A stretch of DNA of 64,000 nucleotides from Candidatus Obscuribacteraceae bacterium (lineage in GTDB: Bacteria > Cyanobacteriota > Vampirovibrionia > Obscuribacterales > Obscuribacteraceae), in NCBI GenBank assembly GCA_044226015.1, contig JBGAHS010000011.1, positions 1 to 64,000 on the forward strand. Direction: 5' to 3'. Below, piece after piece: positions 48,238 to 58,071 of the stretch (its first letter is position 1; each line of letters starts with the position of its first letter). The translations under genes were made by a program, and so were the position numbers. The notes below the pieces were generated by a model. The model made no database searches, was not told the DNA's origin, and saw nothing but the letters and a program-made list of their open reading frames with translations.

Positions 48238-49323
48238 TTATTTCTTCGCTGGTACTATTGAAAGGAAGTTTGGAACAGTTCTTCCCGGATAAATGTAGTT
48301 ATTCTCTTTCCAACGAAACTGGCTGGACGATCCACCATCCAGCATCATAGTAGGACCTGCTCCGAATTCTCTCAGGGTTAGTTCGGCGTGCGCTTGAGAG
48401 GAAGCTGGAGATACGAAAATTAAAACCCTGGAGTAAGAACCATCAGAGCCAGGATTTCCCAGACCCACAAAAGTTCTTCCAACCCTTGATGCTGCAGCAC
48501 CGTCAATATTCACCCGTGGACTAAGACTAACTATAGCGTTATCAGCCTGGAGCTTGCGAAACTCCTCAATGTTCTTATTATCAAAAGAAATTATCCGAGC
48601 AGAATTTTGCTCCAAAACAAGTGTAAGCCTGTTTCCCACATGCTTATCAGTGGAGGCGAATCCTTCGCTGACAACCTTAGAATCTTCAATCAGAGGAAAT
48701 GCAATTGGCACAGCGTTTCGAGGCAAATTAGCAAAGAACTCTGCATTCACTACTGCGATAGCATTTGGCTCAGTTTTCCTTTCGAGTTCGAGAGCCTGGT
48801 CTGGAGACATTCTGGCGAAGCTGGGGTTAGGTCCACCGTAAGCCGACTTACGGCTTTGCTCCGTGGAATCTCCATGCACAACGTCAATTTGAGCACCTGC
48901 AGCGAGGTTGGTTGATACGATGAACTCATCACCTTTTCTGTAAAGCGATACACCAGGCGCGGTGTCAACCAGAGAAAAGCCCGAAGCTACACCATTGCGG
49001 AACTTATCCGCAAAGAAAGCCAGGTTACGTTGCGCAGTATCGTCAGAGACATTTTCCTTTCGCGGATGAGCCGAATTTTCAGCTTCGCTATGAGCCTCTA
49101 CTTTGTTCGGTTCCGCATCTTTGCCCTTTTTATTATCAGCAGAATTTTGCTCAGACAACCAGTTCTTTAGCAGCAGTATTTCATCAAGCACAATGTCTAC
49201 AAAAGACCTTTGTGCTTTTCCAGCAGCGACCATTTCAGCGTCATTTGGCGGCAACAGCTTGCTTTCACTATTGTTGGAATTGACCTTATCGATTTCGTCT
49301 TTTTCGCGATGTTCCATCTTCAA
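48238..49323 (-). CDS. Phosphodiester glycosidase (NAGPA/DUF2233)-family protein with acidic N-terminal extension
   Basis: AVVNAEFF, RVGRTFVG, MMLDGGSSSQ, RTVPNFL. Confidence 0.7.
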   Translation of the reverse strand: MKMEHREKDEIDKVNSNNSESKLLPPNDAEMVAAGKAQRSFVDIVLDEILLLKNWLSEQNSADNKKGKDAEPNKVEAHSEAENSAHPRKENVSDDTAQRNLAFFADKFRNGVASGFSLVDTAPGVSLYRKGDEFIVSTNLAAGAQIDVVHGDSTEQSRKSAYGGPNPSFARMSPDQALELERKTEPNAIAVVNAEFFANLPRNAVPIAFPLIEDSKVVSEGFASTDKHVGNRLTLVLEQNSARIISFDNKNIEEFRKLQADNAIVSLSPRVNIDGAAASRVGRTFVGLGNPGSDGSYSRVLIFVSPASSQAHAELTLREFGAGPTMMLDGGSSSQFRWKENNYIYPGRTVPNFLSIVPAKK

Positions 49324-49487
49324 ATCCCAAGGGGTCAGCTTAGATTAAATGTCAAATTTGAAAAATCCTTGAAACGAACTTACTCACTCGGCTGGCGAAT
49401 AGCTAATAAAATCCCTGGAGTATTCCAAAAGCCTATGTGTTAAAAGAGACGTATCTGGCAATAATGTGAATAGAAGCGGGGGTGTTC

Positions 49488-49868
49488 ATGTCACACATAA
49501 GCCGAGTAAAAACTGAGCTGCGCGAACTTGAGTTCATCATGCAAGCTTTGAGAGATCTAGAAATCGATTTTGTGACCGAGGACTTTGAACATATCCCTGA
49601 AATAGAAGATCCTATTGAGCTATTGATTCGTCTGCCGAAGAGCCGCCATCCAATCGCATTGGTAAAAGGAAAAGACGGTAGCTATTCCTTTGAGGGAGAG
49701 CAAAGCGTGATAAAAATGGCAAAAGAGCTCGACCTGACCGATAAGATAAGCCAGCGATATGCCTATCACTTTGTAAAAGACAGACTTTTGCAGCAGGGCT
49801 TTCATCTTGAAAGCGAATCTAAAGGTGAAGAGGACGAAATCCATCTGACTCTCAGACGAAATGCTTGA
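49488..49868 (+). CDS. DUF1257 (Ycf35-like) protein
   Basis: MSHISRVKTEL...ALRDL, DGSY, ISQRYAY, QGF; adjacent to DUF2997 and Ycf46-like genes. Confidence 0.75.
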   Translation: MSHISRVKTELRELEFIMQALRDLEIDFVTEDFEHIPEIEDPIELLIRLPKSRHPIALVKGKDGSYSFEGEQSVIKMAKELDLTDKISQRYAYHFVKDRLLQQGFHLESESKGEEDEIHLTLRRNA

Positions 49869-49880
49869 TGGAGTGAACTT

Positions 49881-50078
49881 ATGAACATTGAAACAGTTCG
49901 CGTAACTATAGACAAAGATGGACAGGTCAAAATCGAGGTAGACGGTGTTCATGGACCAGTCTGCCTCGACCTGACTGATGAATTGATAAAGCAACTCGGA
50001 ATCGTTCTAAAACAAGACTTAAATGCAGAGTATTTTGAAGAGAGACAAGTATCTGACGAACAGAGAACTTCGAACTGA
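49881..50078 (+). CDS. DUF2997 family small protein
   Basis: IDKDGQVKIEVDGVHGPVCLDLT..L...LG...EYF. Confidence 0.8.
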   Translation: MNIETVRVTIDKDGQVKIEVDGVHGPVCLDLTDELIKQLGIVLKQDLNAEYFEERQVSDEQRTSN

Positions 50079-50090
50079 GGCTAAAAAAGA

Positions 50091-51620
50091 ATGGAATTCA
50101 GCAAAGAGTTAGAGACTCTATTACACGCACGCTTCACTCTCATAATCGTTACTACTCCTGAAGAGTTGCGATTTATGGACTCTATCAGAAAAATGTGTGC
50201 GACTTCAAACCGACTCTGCATCAGTTGGGATATGGGTCGAGGATTTCAACTTGTTTCTCAGGGGTCAATCAATCTTCCTCAGGCAGCCAATCCAATAGCT
50301 GCGCTTGAACATATGGAAAAGATGGATAACGATGCTATCTACATTCTGAAAGACTTTGACGATTGCTGGTCTAATGCACAAGTAAAACGTCAACTGAGAA
50401 ATCTAGCTCAGTCTTTTAAGCAATCGCGAAAATCCATTGTAGTCACGACCTGTACCCAGAAAATTCCTGAACAATTGAAAGATGATGCCTTCATAACTGA
50501 CTTTCCGTTGCCGGAGGTCGAACAACTAGAGCTGGAATTAAATCGAGTTGCCCAGGCTCCAGGTGCGGTTGTAAAACTCACGAATCTAGGTAAGCAGAAA
50601 CTCTTGCAGGCTGCTCTCGGTTTAACTGCATCACAAGCCTTACGTGTTTTCTCGAAGGCAATGGTCAGAGACAGAATGCTCGACGATCGCCACATAGATA
50701 TGGTCACTGAAGAGAAGCGACAGGTCATCAGAGAGAGTCAGGCTTTGGAATTCTACCCTGTCAGTGAAAAGGTTGATGATATTGGTGGCTTAGATGTTCT
50801 CAAAGAATGGCTCAGATTAAGACAAAGAGCTTTCACACAAGAGGCAAGAGACTTTATGCTGCCACCACCAAAAGGAATTGCTCTAATAGGCATTCCGGGA
50901 ACAGGTAAGAGTCTAACTGCAAAAATAATTGGCTCATACTGGCAAATGCCAGTGCTCAGATTAGATGCCGGCTCGTTGTTTGGAAGCCTGGTAGGCGAGT
51001 CAGAAGAGCGCACCCGAAAAGCTCTCCAGTTAGCTGAAACGGTGGCTCCGTGTGTTTTATGGGTTGATGAAATTGAAAAGGCGTTTTCATTCGGTGACAA
51101 TGATGGAGGAACAAGCCGAAGGGTGTTTGGGCAGATTCTCACATGGATGCAAGAGAAGCAAAAACCATGCTTTGTTGTTGCCACCGCCAATGATGTCAGT
51201 GTTTTGCCTCCAGAGTTCCTTCGAAGAGGTCGCTTTGATGAAATATTCTTCTTAGACTTACCAACAGCAAAAGAGCGAAAGGAAATACTTGGAGTTCATT
51301 TGAGAAAACGCAGACGCCTCGCGAAAGATTTTGATCTCGAAAAGCTCGCTCAATTATCTGAGGGTTATGTGGGCGCTGAACTAGAACAAGCAATTTTGGA
51401 CGCAATGTATTTTGCCTTTGATGGAAACAGAGAATTTGACACGAACGACATAGTAAAAGCGCTTGAGAAACAGGTTCCTTTGTCTGTTTCACAAGCAGAG
51501 ATAGTTACGGAACTCAGAAGAATGCTAATGGACGGCAAGGCGCAGTCAGCCTCGTTCAAAGAAGCTAAAGATGCGAAACAATCTTTTGTCGACCTCAACC
51601 TGGAATTGTCTAGAGACTAG
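50091..51620 (+). CDS. Ycf46-like AAA+ ATPase
   Basis: N-terminal TPEE.R and [61 protein letters not shown]. Confidence 0.88.
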   Translation: MEFSKELETLLHARFTLIIVTTPEELRFMDSIRKMCATSNRLCISWDMGRGFQLVSQGSINLPQAANPIAALEHMEKMDNDAIYILKDFDDCWSNAQVKRQLRNLAQSFKQSRKSIVVTTCTQKIPEQLKDDAFITDFPLPEVEQLELELNRVAQAPGAVVKLTNLGKQKLLQAALGLTASQALRVFSKAMVRDRMLDDRHIDMVTEEKRQVIRESQALEFYPVSEKVDDIGGLDVLKEWLRLRQRAFTQEARDFMLPPPKGIALIGIPGTGKSLTAKIIGSYWQMPVLRLDAGSLFGSLVGESEERTRKALQLAETVAPCVLWVDEIEKAFSFGDNDGGTSRRVFGQILTWMQEKQKPCFVVATANDVSVLPPEFLRRGRFDEIFFLDLPTAKERKEILGVHLRKRRRLAKDFDLEKLAQLSEGYVGAELEQAILDAMYFAFDGNREFDTNDIVKALEKQVPLSVSQAEIVTELRRMLMDGKAQSASFKEAKDAKQSFVDLNLELSRD

Positions 51621-51638
51621 ACGGCGAAAGGCGTCGAA

Positions 51639-52940
51639 TTACTTTATCAAAGGCTTGAGTTCTAGTTTTTCAGGGTCGCCCTTAAAAACACAAAACTGGT
51701 TATAGCCCTGTGCTAAAAGAGCATCTAACTGCTTGTTCATGTCTTTCTTGCGAGCTTGAATTGAAACCGTCTGTCCATCAGTTCGCAACTTATTAGCTGC
51801 TGTGACAATGCTGCTGGCACTGTCTCTATCAGCGTCAACAATCAATGCTATCTTAGACGCTGTGCTAGGAATTTGAAAACCCTTGTCCGTCAAAATATCG
51901 ATTACGCGCTCAAAGCCAATCGAGAAGCCGCATGCCGGCACATCACGCCCACTAAATTTTCCGACCATTCTGTCGTATCTGCCACCACCGGCGATGGAGC
52001 CGGAGTAGCCTGGATATTTCACCTCAAATATCTGCCCAGTGTAGTAGCCCATTCCACGGACGAGGGTGGGATCAAATTTGATTCGATATCGATCATCAGA
52101 ACCGCTTTCTATGGCACTAATCACGTTGCGTAGTGGCTTTGTGAATTCATCTTCTAGCAGCTCAGCAAACATGCCCTCGATATCTGAAAAGGAATTCTTA
52201 CCCTGCTCATGCATTGTTAGATAGGTTCGCAACAATTCGCGCAATTTCTCAATTGCCTGATGTTCATCACAGACATCGGAAAGCTCTTTCATCACATTGT
52301 CTAAACCAACTTTGTCCAATTTATCCAACGCAATAAATACAGAAGACATTTTTGCATCTGTAAAACCACAGTGCTTAGCCAGTTTGCTGAGAAACCTTCT
52401 GTCATTAATCAAAATGGTGAAGTCTTCAAACCCAAGAGCTAACAGTGCGGCTGATGTAGCCGTAATCAGCTCAACCTCAGCAAGCTCTGACTTCAACCCG
52501 ATAATATCGATGTCACACTGAGTGAATTGACGAAAGCGCCCCTTTTGTGGACTTTCCGCTCTAAACACTGATCCAATCTGTACAGACTTAAGAGGTGTGG
52601 GCAGACTGCTGTTATTTGCTGAATAGTATCGTACAAGCGGCACGGTCAGGTCGAAACGCAGCCCCAGGTCGCTTAGTTCTTCCTTGCGAGCAGAACCTGA
52701 CTCCAGCGCCTTATCGAGTTTTTCGCCTCGCTTTAGCACTTCGTAAATGAGTTGAAGATTTTCACCGCCTTCGCCACCACGAAGAAGTTGAATATTCTCC
52801 AGCACAGGAGTTTCGATGCGAGAGAATCCGAATTGCCTGTAAGTGTTCTGGATAACTCCAGCTGCCCAGTCACGTAATGCAACCTGTTCTGGAAGGAAAT
52901 CGCGCATACCTCTAGGTGGAGCAACACTTATAGAACTCAT
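51639..52940 (-). CDS. hisS: Histidine--tRNA ligase
   Basis: PRGMRDFLP, LRFDLTVPL, FRAESPQKGRFRQFTQCDID, LVRGMGYYTG, GGGRYD, GFSIGFER. Confidence 0.97.
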   Translation of the reverse strand: MSSISVAPPRGMRDFLPEQVALRDWAAGVIQNTYRQFGFSRIETPVLENIQLLRGGEGGENLQLIYEVLKRGEKLDKALESGSARKEELSDLGLRFDLTVPLVRYYSANNSSLPTPLKSVQIGSVFRAESPQKGRFRQFTQCDIDIIGLKSELAEVELITATSAALLALGFEDFTILINDRRFLSKLAKHCGFTDAKMSSVFIALDKLDKVGLDNVMKELSDVCDEHQAIEKLRELLRTYLTMHEQGKNSFSDIEGMFAELLEDEFTKPLRNVISAIESGSDDRYRIKFDPTLVRGMGYYTGQIFEVKYPGYSGSIAGGGRYDRMVGKFSGRDVPACGFSIGFERVIDILTDKGFQIPSTASKIALIVDADRDSASSIVTAANKLRTDGQTVSIQARKKDMNKQLDALLAQGYNQFCVFKGDPEKLELKPLIK

Positions 52941-53076
52941 TCGAAACCTCTCGTCGCAAAGGCAAACTAGTGTTGAGTTTTGAGCATCTCAACAAGAAGG
53001 TTCTATTCTACATCAACGATGGTCTTAGCATGCTTCCAGGCTACACGGACGCAACAATTCGCATGCTTTTCCAGGC

Positions 53077-53112
53077 AAAAAAAGAGAGAGAATATAGTCA
53101 TTCCCCCTCTTC
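53077..53112 (-). terminator. Intrinsic terminator downstream of 53128-53550
   Basis: Minus-strand AAGAGGGGGAAU/AUUCUCUCUCUU stem (G-U pairs fix the strand) followed by a U-tract. Confidence 0.75.
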
Positions 53113-53127
53113 TTCAAATTTCAATTA

Positions 53128-53550
53128 TTAGAGCCTTTTGACGATTTGTTTTCCGCGCTCTTCAAGGACGACCTGCTCAGGGTCGATTTGAGCAACAGTA
53201 ACATTCTGATAGATGGCACCCTTCTTCAGGTGGACTGTTTCCTCACAGGAAGCAAGTTTGAAGAAAGCGACATCATCGACAACTGCAGTTAGTTTCATCT
53301 CTTCCGCAGTAGTCAGCTTGGGTTTATGCACAATTGGAACAAAGCGAGACATGCTAGTGAAGCCGCCGGAGTAATTTCTTCCGTAGGATGCCAGCACAAG
53401 AGGTGACACCGGCACTGGTGGCGGAGGTGGAACTAGATAACTATTGTAGTGCCTGCTATGAGACTTGCTCTTGCCTGCAGCCATGGCAGTGAGTTCGGTT
53501 ACTTGCAAAGCTGCAAGTAGTAAGCCGATGAGTAGAAAAGTTTTTTTCAC
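53128..53550 (-). CDS. Exported protein with PilP/GspC-like small beta domain
   Basis: Signal peptide, poly-Pro linker, then MKLTAVV...VHLKKGAIYQNVTVAQIDPEQVVL. Confidence 0.5.
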   Translation of the reverse strand: MKKTFLLIGLLLAALQVTELTAMAAGKSKSHSRHYNSYLVPPPPPVPVSPLVLASYGRNYSGGFTSMSRFVPIVHKPKLTTAEEMKLTAVVDDVAFFKLASCEETVHLKKGAIYQNVTVAQIDPEQVVLEERGKQIVKRL

Positions 53551-53911
53551 GATTAAAACCCCGCCAAGCCAACCAGATGAAATGCTTCCGGTCCAATGGA
53601 TTTATACCCAGAATTTCATCTTTTCTAATTATATAGATTACAAGCAGATAATACGAGATATCAAAGCTTAACCCTTTTGATATCTTCACGACCCACTTGG
53701 CATCCTGAATTTGAAACGAGGCTTGGAAACGCAGTCAGCACAGCACAGACATGGCTCTTCGCATGCGTGAGAATACAAATTGGCTCTGAAAATGATCAAT
53801 TTTCTGCAATTGCTAATCGAGAGAAATTTGCCCTTGGAAATTCGAGCCAGGGTACTAATTCCGACAAATCAGCTCAATCTGGGATTGGGCGCAGCACAAT
53901 CACCTGGAGAA

Positions 53912-54811
53912 TTACTTCTTCGGCGGGAGGTAAGCACGGAAGTATTTCTCTTCCTTGTAGCGGCCAAAACGATCATCTAAACCTTCTTTACGCCATGTTC
54001 CACCATAATTGTCGTAGACCATTCGTTTGCCATTTTCGATACCGCCTACGATACCAACATGGCGCGTTGTCGTACCGGGATTTTGTCCCTCGATAATGTC
54101 GCCTTCTTTGACTTCACTGGCGTTTATTTCTTTCATCAATCTCTTCGAAGGGTCAGAACTATTCAGCCCCATGGCTTTGTTCATCTCAGTCATGTTTACC
54201 TGATAGAGTTCTTTATAGGCACTATCTTCGGTGCTATTAATTCGCCCGGACATTTTCAATGTTTCTCGATAACGATTACTAAACGAGGAGACACATCCCA
54301 GTTCTGGTGGGGGAACCGGCAACATGGACTTAGCCCACTTAGGCAGTTTATAGATGGACTGATTTACTACTGCGTCGGCGGATTTCAGCAAAAGCGCGTT
54401 GGCTTCTTCTAGTTCTTCTGGATTGTCTTTAGCTTTTTCGCCAGCATCTTTAACTTCTCCGTTCTTCAGATCACCCGGTTTTGATTCGCCAGACTTCCCA
54501 TCGGATTTGGGATCCTCATGCTTGTCATTTCCCTTGGGATCTGGTTTTGCATCACGTGAATTCTGGTCCACCTTCGAGTCAGCAGATGGCTTTGAATCAG
54601 CTTTTGCAGGCTCATCGGATTTTGCATCCTTCTTGTTATCGAGACCTTCAATAGTAAGATTTGTGAGCTGCGTGCCTTTAAGTTCGGCATTTCGGGGCTC
54701 AACTTTCGAATTGCTCTGCCACTGCTCTGCGGAAAGCTCAGCAGCAGAATTGCGGCCTTTATCACCTTCAGCAGCGACTTTATCGCTTGTATGTTTATTT
54801 TCCAGACCCAT
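53912..54811 (-). CDS. Protein with charged N-terminal region and C-terminal NlpC/P60 (papain-fold) amidase-like domain
   Basis: ELGCVSSFS (Cys), VKEGDII, RHVGIV (His), VYDN; ATG 54811 with GGAGGA RBS. The ORF-track extension to 55093 runs through the promoter and RNA and is judged spurious. Confidence 0.6.
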   Translation of the reverse strand: MGLENKHTSDKVAAEGDKGRNSAAELSAEQWQSNSKVEPRNAELKGTQLTNLTIEGLDNKKDAKSDEPAKADSKPSADSKVDQNSRDAKPDPKGNDKHEDPKSDGKSGESKPGDLKNGEVKDAGEKAKDNPEELEEANALLLKSADAVVNQSIYKLPKWAKSMLPVPPPELGCVSSFSNRYRETLKMSGRINSTEDSAYKELYQVNMTEMNKAMGLNSSDPSKRLMKEINASEVKEGDIIEGQNPGTTTRHVGIVGGIENGKRMVYDNYGGTWRKEGLDDRFGRYKEEKYFRAYLPPKK

Positions 54812-54929
54812 TGCGTACATTCCTCCGACCTTATTATTGTATTTTTTTAAGGAAGGCTGAAAAATGTGTAAGTGTGCAGTTCTTCGCCCCAATCTTCCTC
54901 TATAAGGACACGGATTCCCTGCAAAGCAA

Positions 54930-54958
54930 TTGACAGACATACATTTGTATGGTATATT
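54930..54958 (+). promoter_or_regulatory. Strong sigma70-type promoter with palindrome in the spacer
   Basis: TTGACA (54930-54935), 17 nt, TATATT (54953-54958) with extended -10 TG; CATACA-TT-TGTATG inverted repeat at 54938-54951. Confidence 0.8.
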
Positions 54959-54962
54959 ATAT

Positions 54963-55216
54963 GTGATCGCTCTGGCTGAACTAAGCGTAGCGATCAATTC
55001 TGGGTCAGGCAAAAGCGGATCTGGAAGCGGGAGCCGGCGTGTATCGCGAAAGCGATGCTTGTCCGGGGATGGCAGCCCCCTCTCGCGTTCCATAGGGTCC
55101 GCTAGAAGAGCAGGCTAATTTCCGGCCGGCCGGCTGAAATGTAGAAATCGAAGTTGCACCCGGAAAGCGAGAGCGCAGCGATAGCGCATGGAGATATCTA
55201 GCGCTGGGCGATTCAC
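54963..55216 (+). ncRNA. Unidentified ~250-nt structured non-coding RNA
   Basis: Starts at the predicted TSS; GC-rich island with nested helices 54963-54972/55206-55216, 54998-55005/55158-55165, 55014-55022/55094-55103, 55027-55033/55080-55086 and a GAAA-capped hairpin 55041-55058; no convincing sense ORF downstream. Confidence 0.65.
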
Positions 55217-55287
55217 CGATAGCAAAAACAATAAACACTTAGTCGCCGGCAAAGCTGCTGAATTAACGAGAGCACCAAGCAGGTGAA

Positions 55288-57777
55288 CTAGGAAACGAAT
55301 CTGCCGCTGGCTCTGTCGAATTTCTTAGCATCAGATGGAAGAGCGACGCGATTTCCAGACTCATCCACGAGCACAGAGAACTGATCCGTAGACGCTGCTG
55401 CATCAGTAGAAGCTTCTGGCTTGTAAAGCTTCTTCTTAATCGTTAGTGAGACCAATTTGCCGTTTTCATAACGAGCTGAATTAACATCGTTTGAACTTGG
55501 ATAACGGTAAACTTGCGTCTCATTTCCGCTTTCAGTTGTAACACCGGTAGCATCAATGCGAACAGTTAGACCTGCCTTGTCATTGCGTCCAGTCAAAACC
55601 ATTTCGCCATCAGGACCGAGATTTGAAGCAGCGGCCCAACTGTTAGCGTCGTAAGTGACACCATCAGCTCCCAATATGCCGTTTTCAATTTGGGTCCAAG
55701 CTAGCTGACCTGGATTTGCCGAAACACCCATGTACTTGCCTTCGGCATTGCTTACACGCCAGTATTTGTCTCCACCGGCTTTAACACTTGTACTTCCGTT
55801 TCTCGGATTGTATACGGTCTGAAGTTCCTTTCCATCGGTACCCTTGGTCACTGCCAGTACTGAACTATCATCTAATACCTTCAGTTCTGATACGCCATTT
55901 TCACCAACCTTCAGGGTGCTTAGAGCGCCATCTTTGCCAGGAATCTGTACAGCCTTAGCGACTGGTTTCGGAGGATTGCTACCATCGCTGCCAATGCTAG
56001 CGACAACGCCATTCGGCAAGTAATAGTCACGCAGTCCAGTTGATGTCTTGTCTTGAATGACTGAACCATCCGTCAGAATTTCTACTTTACCTTCAGTGGA
56101 ATTCAGGGTGATGTCTCTTCCTGCGCGGTTGAACCTGAAGGTAGATTCTTTTGTTGCTTTATCGAAAGTCTCGATTACATTACCTGCGTGCTCTGACACC
56201 ATGGTGCTTCCCAAGTCGCGGTAACGGTCTTGTCCAGGTGACTCGTATGTCACATAGGTCTTACCTGGACCACCACTAGTTTCCATGCGAACGGTACCAT
56301 CTGCGGTGACGTTCAAGTTCATGCGCATTACATTGCCGGTGGAGTCAACGAATGTGTTGTAATCAATCGTGTCTTCTATGCTTCTTGGTGGGAGGTCAGA
56401 TGGAGAGCCAGGAGAATTGAGCCCGTGGCTTGAGCGCCAGCGTTCCATACCCGGATAAAGCTCGCGGCCCTGACGAGTCATGACTTGAGTTACTTGATTG
56501 CCTGTTTGATCAGCGTAGGTATGTTGAGCTCGATAAATGTCGCCATTTACGTCTCTCTGGAATTGCCAGGTTCCACGAGGACCAGTGATGCTGGTGACAT
56601 AACCATCTGGATCTTTCTCGACTACGGTGTTGTCTTGACGGTAGGTGGTCATCGATCCATCAGAATGCTGGACAGCTGTGATCGGTTCACCTGGTCGTGG
56701 TTCCTTGTATGTGTAGGTCACATCGCCTGGTCTGGGTTTGTCATTTTCGGTTTGAGTAGCCTGAACGTAGTCAGCACCATTAAAGTACGTGGTGTCTCGT
56801 TGTTCAGGCGGTCCTGGATTTATTCTTACTCTGGAATTAGTGCGAAAATCGCAATCATATTGAATTCCCTGGTTGAACTGAATGCTTGCTTTGTCGACGC
56901 CGCTGCCTAGTTCACGCTTCATGAAGTCTGGCTTTGCTGCATCAGCCGGAACGAACTTGATGCGACCATCAGCCTGGACTTCACCATTGCGATACTCATA
57001 GCCATCCCAATAATCAGACTTAACCTGACCATCTGGACTCATGACGGTGCGCTTCCATGTTCCCAGGTCTACAGCTTGAACAGTGCCATCTGCTCTGCGA
57101 AGATACTCAACACGGTCTGGTCCTTTGCTAGGAACATATTTGATGTCGCCGTTAGCGCGGAAATTCAGGTCACCTTGAACCGATCCATCTGGATTGATGC
57201 GAACTGGAATTCCTTCGAAATTTATTTTGCCATCTTGCGGCATATATTTCCCTGTGGCGCTCATGACCTTCAGGGCGCCATTTGCATCTCTGGCTAGTTC
57301 GATGCTTCCAGATCCATCAGGACTGTTGTAAGCGATTTTTTCAGCACGACCGTCCAGCCTGGTGGACAGTTGATAGTCGTTGCTTCCCAGGCGGAAAGCC
57401 TGCTGCATGATGGAATCGATCACAGGAGCAACGATTTGTTCTGCAACCGGTGCTGGAGGAATAACTTGATCTAGAACCGGACCAATTTGTGTGCGATTGC
57501 CCAGCAAACGAGCAACATTGTCCATCGCATTTATAGCGACGGAGTCGGCTAAGTTTGGTGCTGGACGAAACGGATTTGCATGACCATCGATAACCAATGG
57601 AGCAAGTTGATACTCTCCCGCTGTGCGCTCGACAGTGGTCTTAGCAGGGTCTGTCGTTGAGCGGACATCGCTCAAGAACTGCTCGTTCAAACTTGCATTT
57701 TCTTGCCTTGTGTCGCGAGCATCATCAGTGGTCTTCGCGACTTCTTGCTTTAAAGATTTTTGTTCTGTTCCAGCCAT
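55288..57777 (-). CDS. Large hypothetical protein with YD/RHS-like beta-hairpin repeats
   Basis: 829-aa ORF; recurring x-D-x-x-G turns (ARDANGAL, EKDPDGYVTSITGPRGTWQFQRDVNGDI); no signal peptide. Confidence 0.65.
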   Translation of the reverse strand: MAGTEQKSLKQEVAKTTDDARDTRQENASLNEQFLSDVRSTTDPAKTTVERTAGEYQLAPLVIDGHANPFRPAPNLADSVAINAMDNVARLLGNRTQIGPVLDQVIPPAPVAEQIVAPVIDSIMQQAFRLGSNDYQLSTRLDGRAEKIAYNSPDGSGSIELARDANGALKVMSATGKYMPQDGKINFEGIPVRINPDGSVQGDLNFRANGDIKYVPSKGPDRVEYLRRADGTVQAVDLGTWKRTVMSPDGQVKSDYWDGYEYRNGEVQADGRIKFVPADAAKPDFMKRELGSGVDKASIQFNQGIQYDCDFRTNSRVRINPGPPEQRDTTYFNGADYVQATQTENDKPRPGDVTYTYKEPRPGEPITAVQHSDGSMTTYRQDNTVVEKDPDGYVTSITGPRGTWQFQRDVNGDIYRAQHTYADQTGNQVTQVMTRQGRELYPGMERWRSSHGLNSPGSPSDLPPRSIEDTIDYNTFVDSTGNVMRMNLNVTADGTVRMETSGGPGKTYVTYESPGQDRYRDLGSTMVSEHAGNVIETFDKATKESTFRFNRAGRDITLNSTEGKVEILTDGSVIQDKTSTGLRDYYLPNGVVASIGSDGSNPPKPVAKAVQIPGKDGALSTLKVGENGVSELKVLDDSSVLAVTKGTDGKELQTVYNPRNGSTSVKAGGDKYWRVSNAEGKYMGVSANPGQLAWTQIENGILGADGVTYDANSWAAASNLGPDGEMVLTGRNDKAGLTVRIDATGVTTESGNETQVYRYPSSNDVNSARYENGKLVSLTIKKKLYKPEASTDAAASTDQFSVLVDESGNRVALPSDAKKFDRASGRFVS

Positions 57778-58071
57778 CTAATCGATTTCACCGCTTCAGC
57801 AATTGAGAAACTCAGTTGCTATAACCAACCCCGACCAAACGTTCCAGCTCGTTTGGATGATCCGTCCGTTCTGATTAACCCAGGCACCGAAATTACAAAC
57901 ATCAGGCGGTTCAGATCATGTATAGAGAATCCTTGATATTGGGGGGTGGGTCAATGGGAATTCCACGCAAACAGACCCATTTTCGCACACGATAGTCTAC
58001 ACACATACATGTTTAGTTAGTTAAAATTTAGCGAAAAGACACCTTTGGCTGAATCGCTAGAAATATCAGGC

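Noticed and set aside
53677..54096. 139-aa plus-strand ORF
   Set aside because: It overlaps the 3' end of the amidase-like gene on the opposite strand, with no RBS or motif.
54812..55093. N-terminal extension of the 393-aa ORF
   Set aside because: It is antisense to the promoter and structured RNA; a strong GGAGGA RBS supports a start at 54811.
54963..55216. RNase P, SRP, tmRNA, raiA-motif RNA or a group II intron
   Set aside because: Only fragmentary resemblances (UCCAUAGGG, CAGGCAAAA, UAGAAG, a domain-V-like hairpin). The diagnostic conserved blocks are missing and there is no reverse transcriptase nearby.
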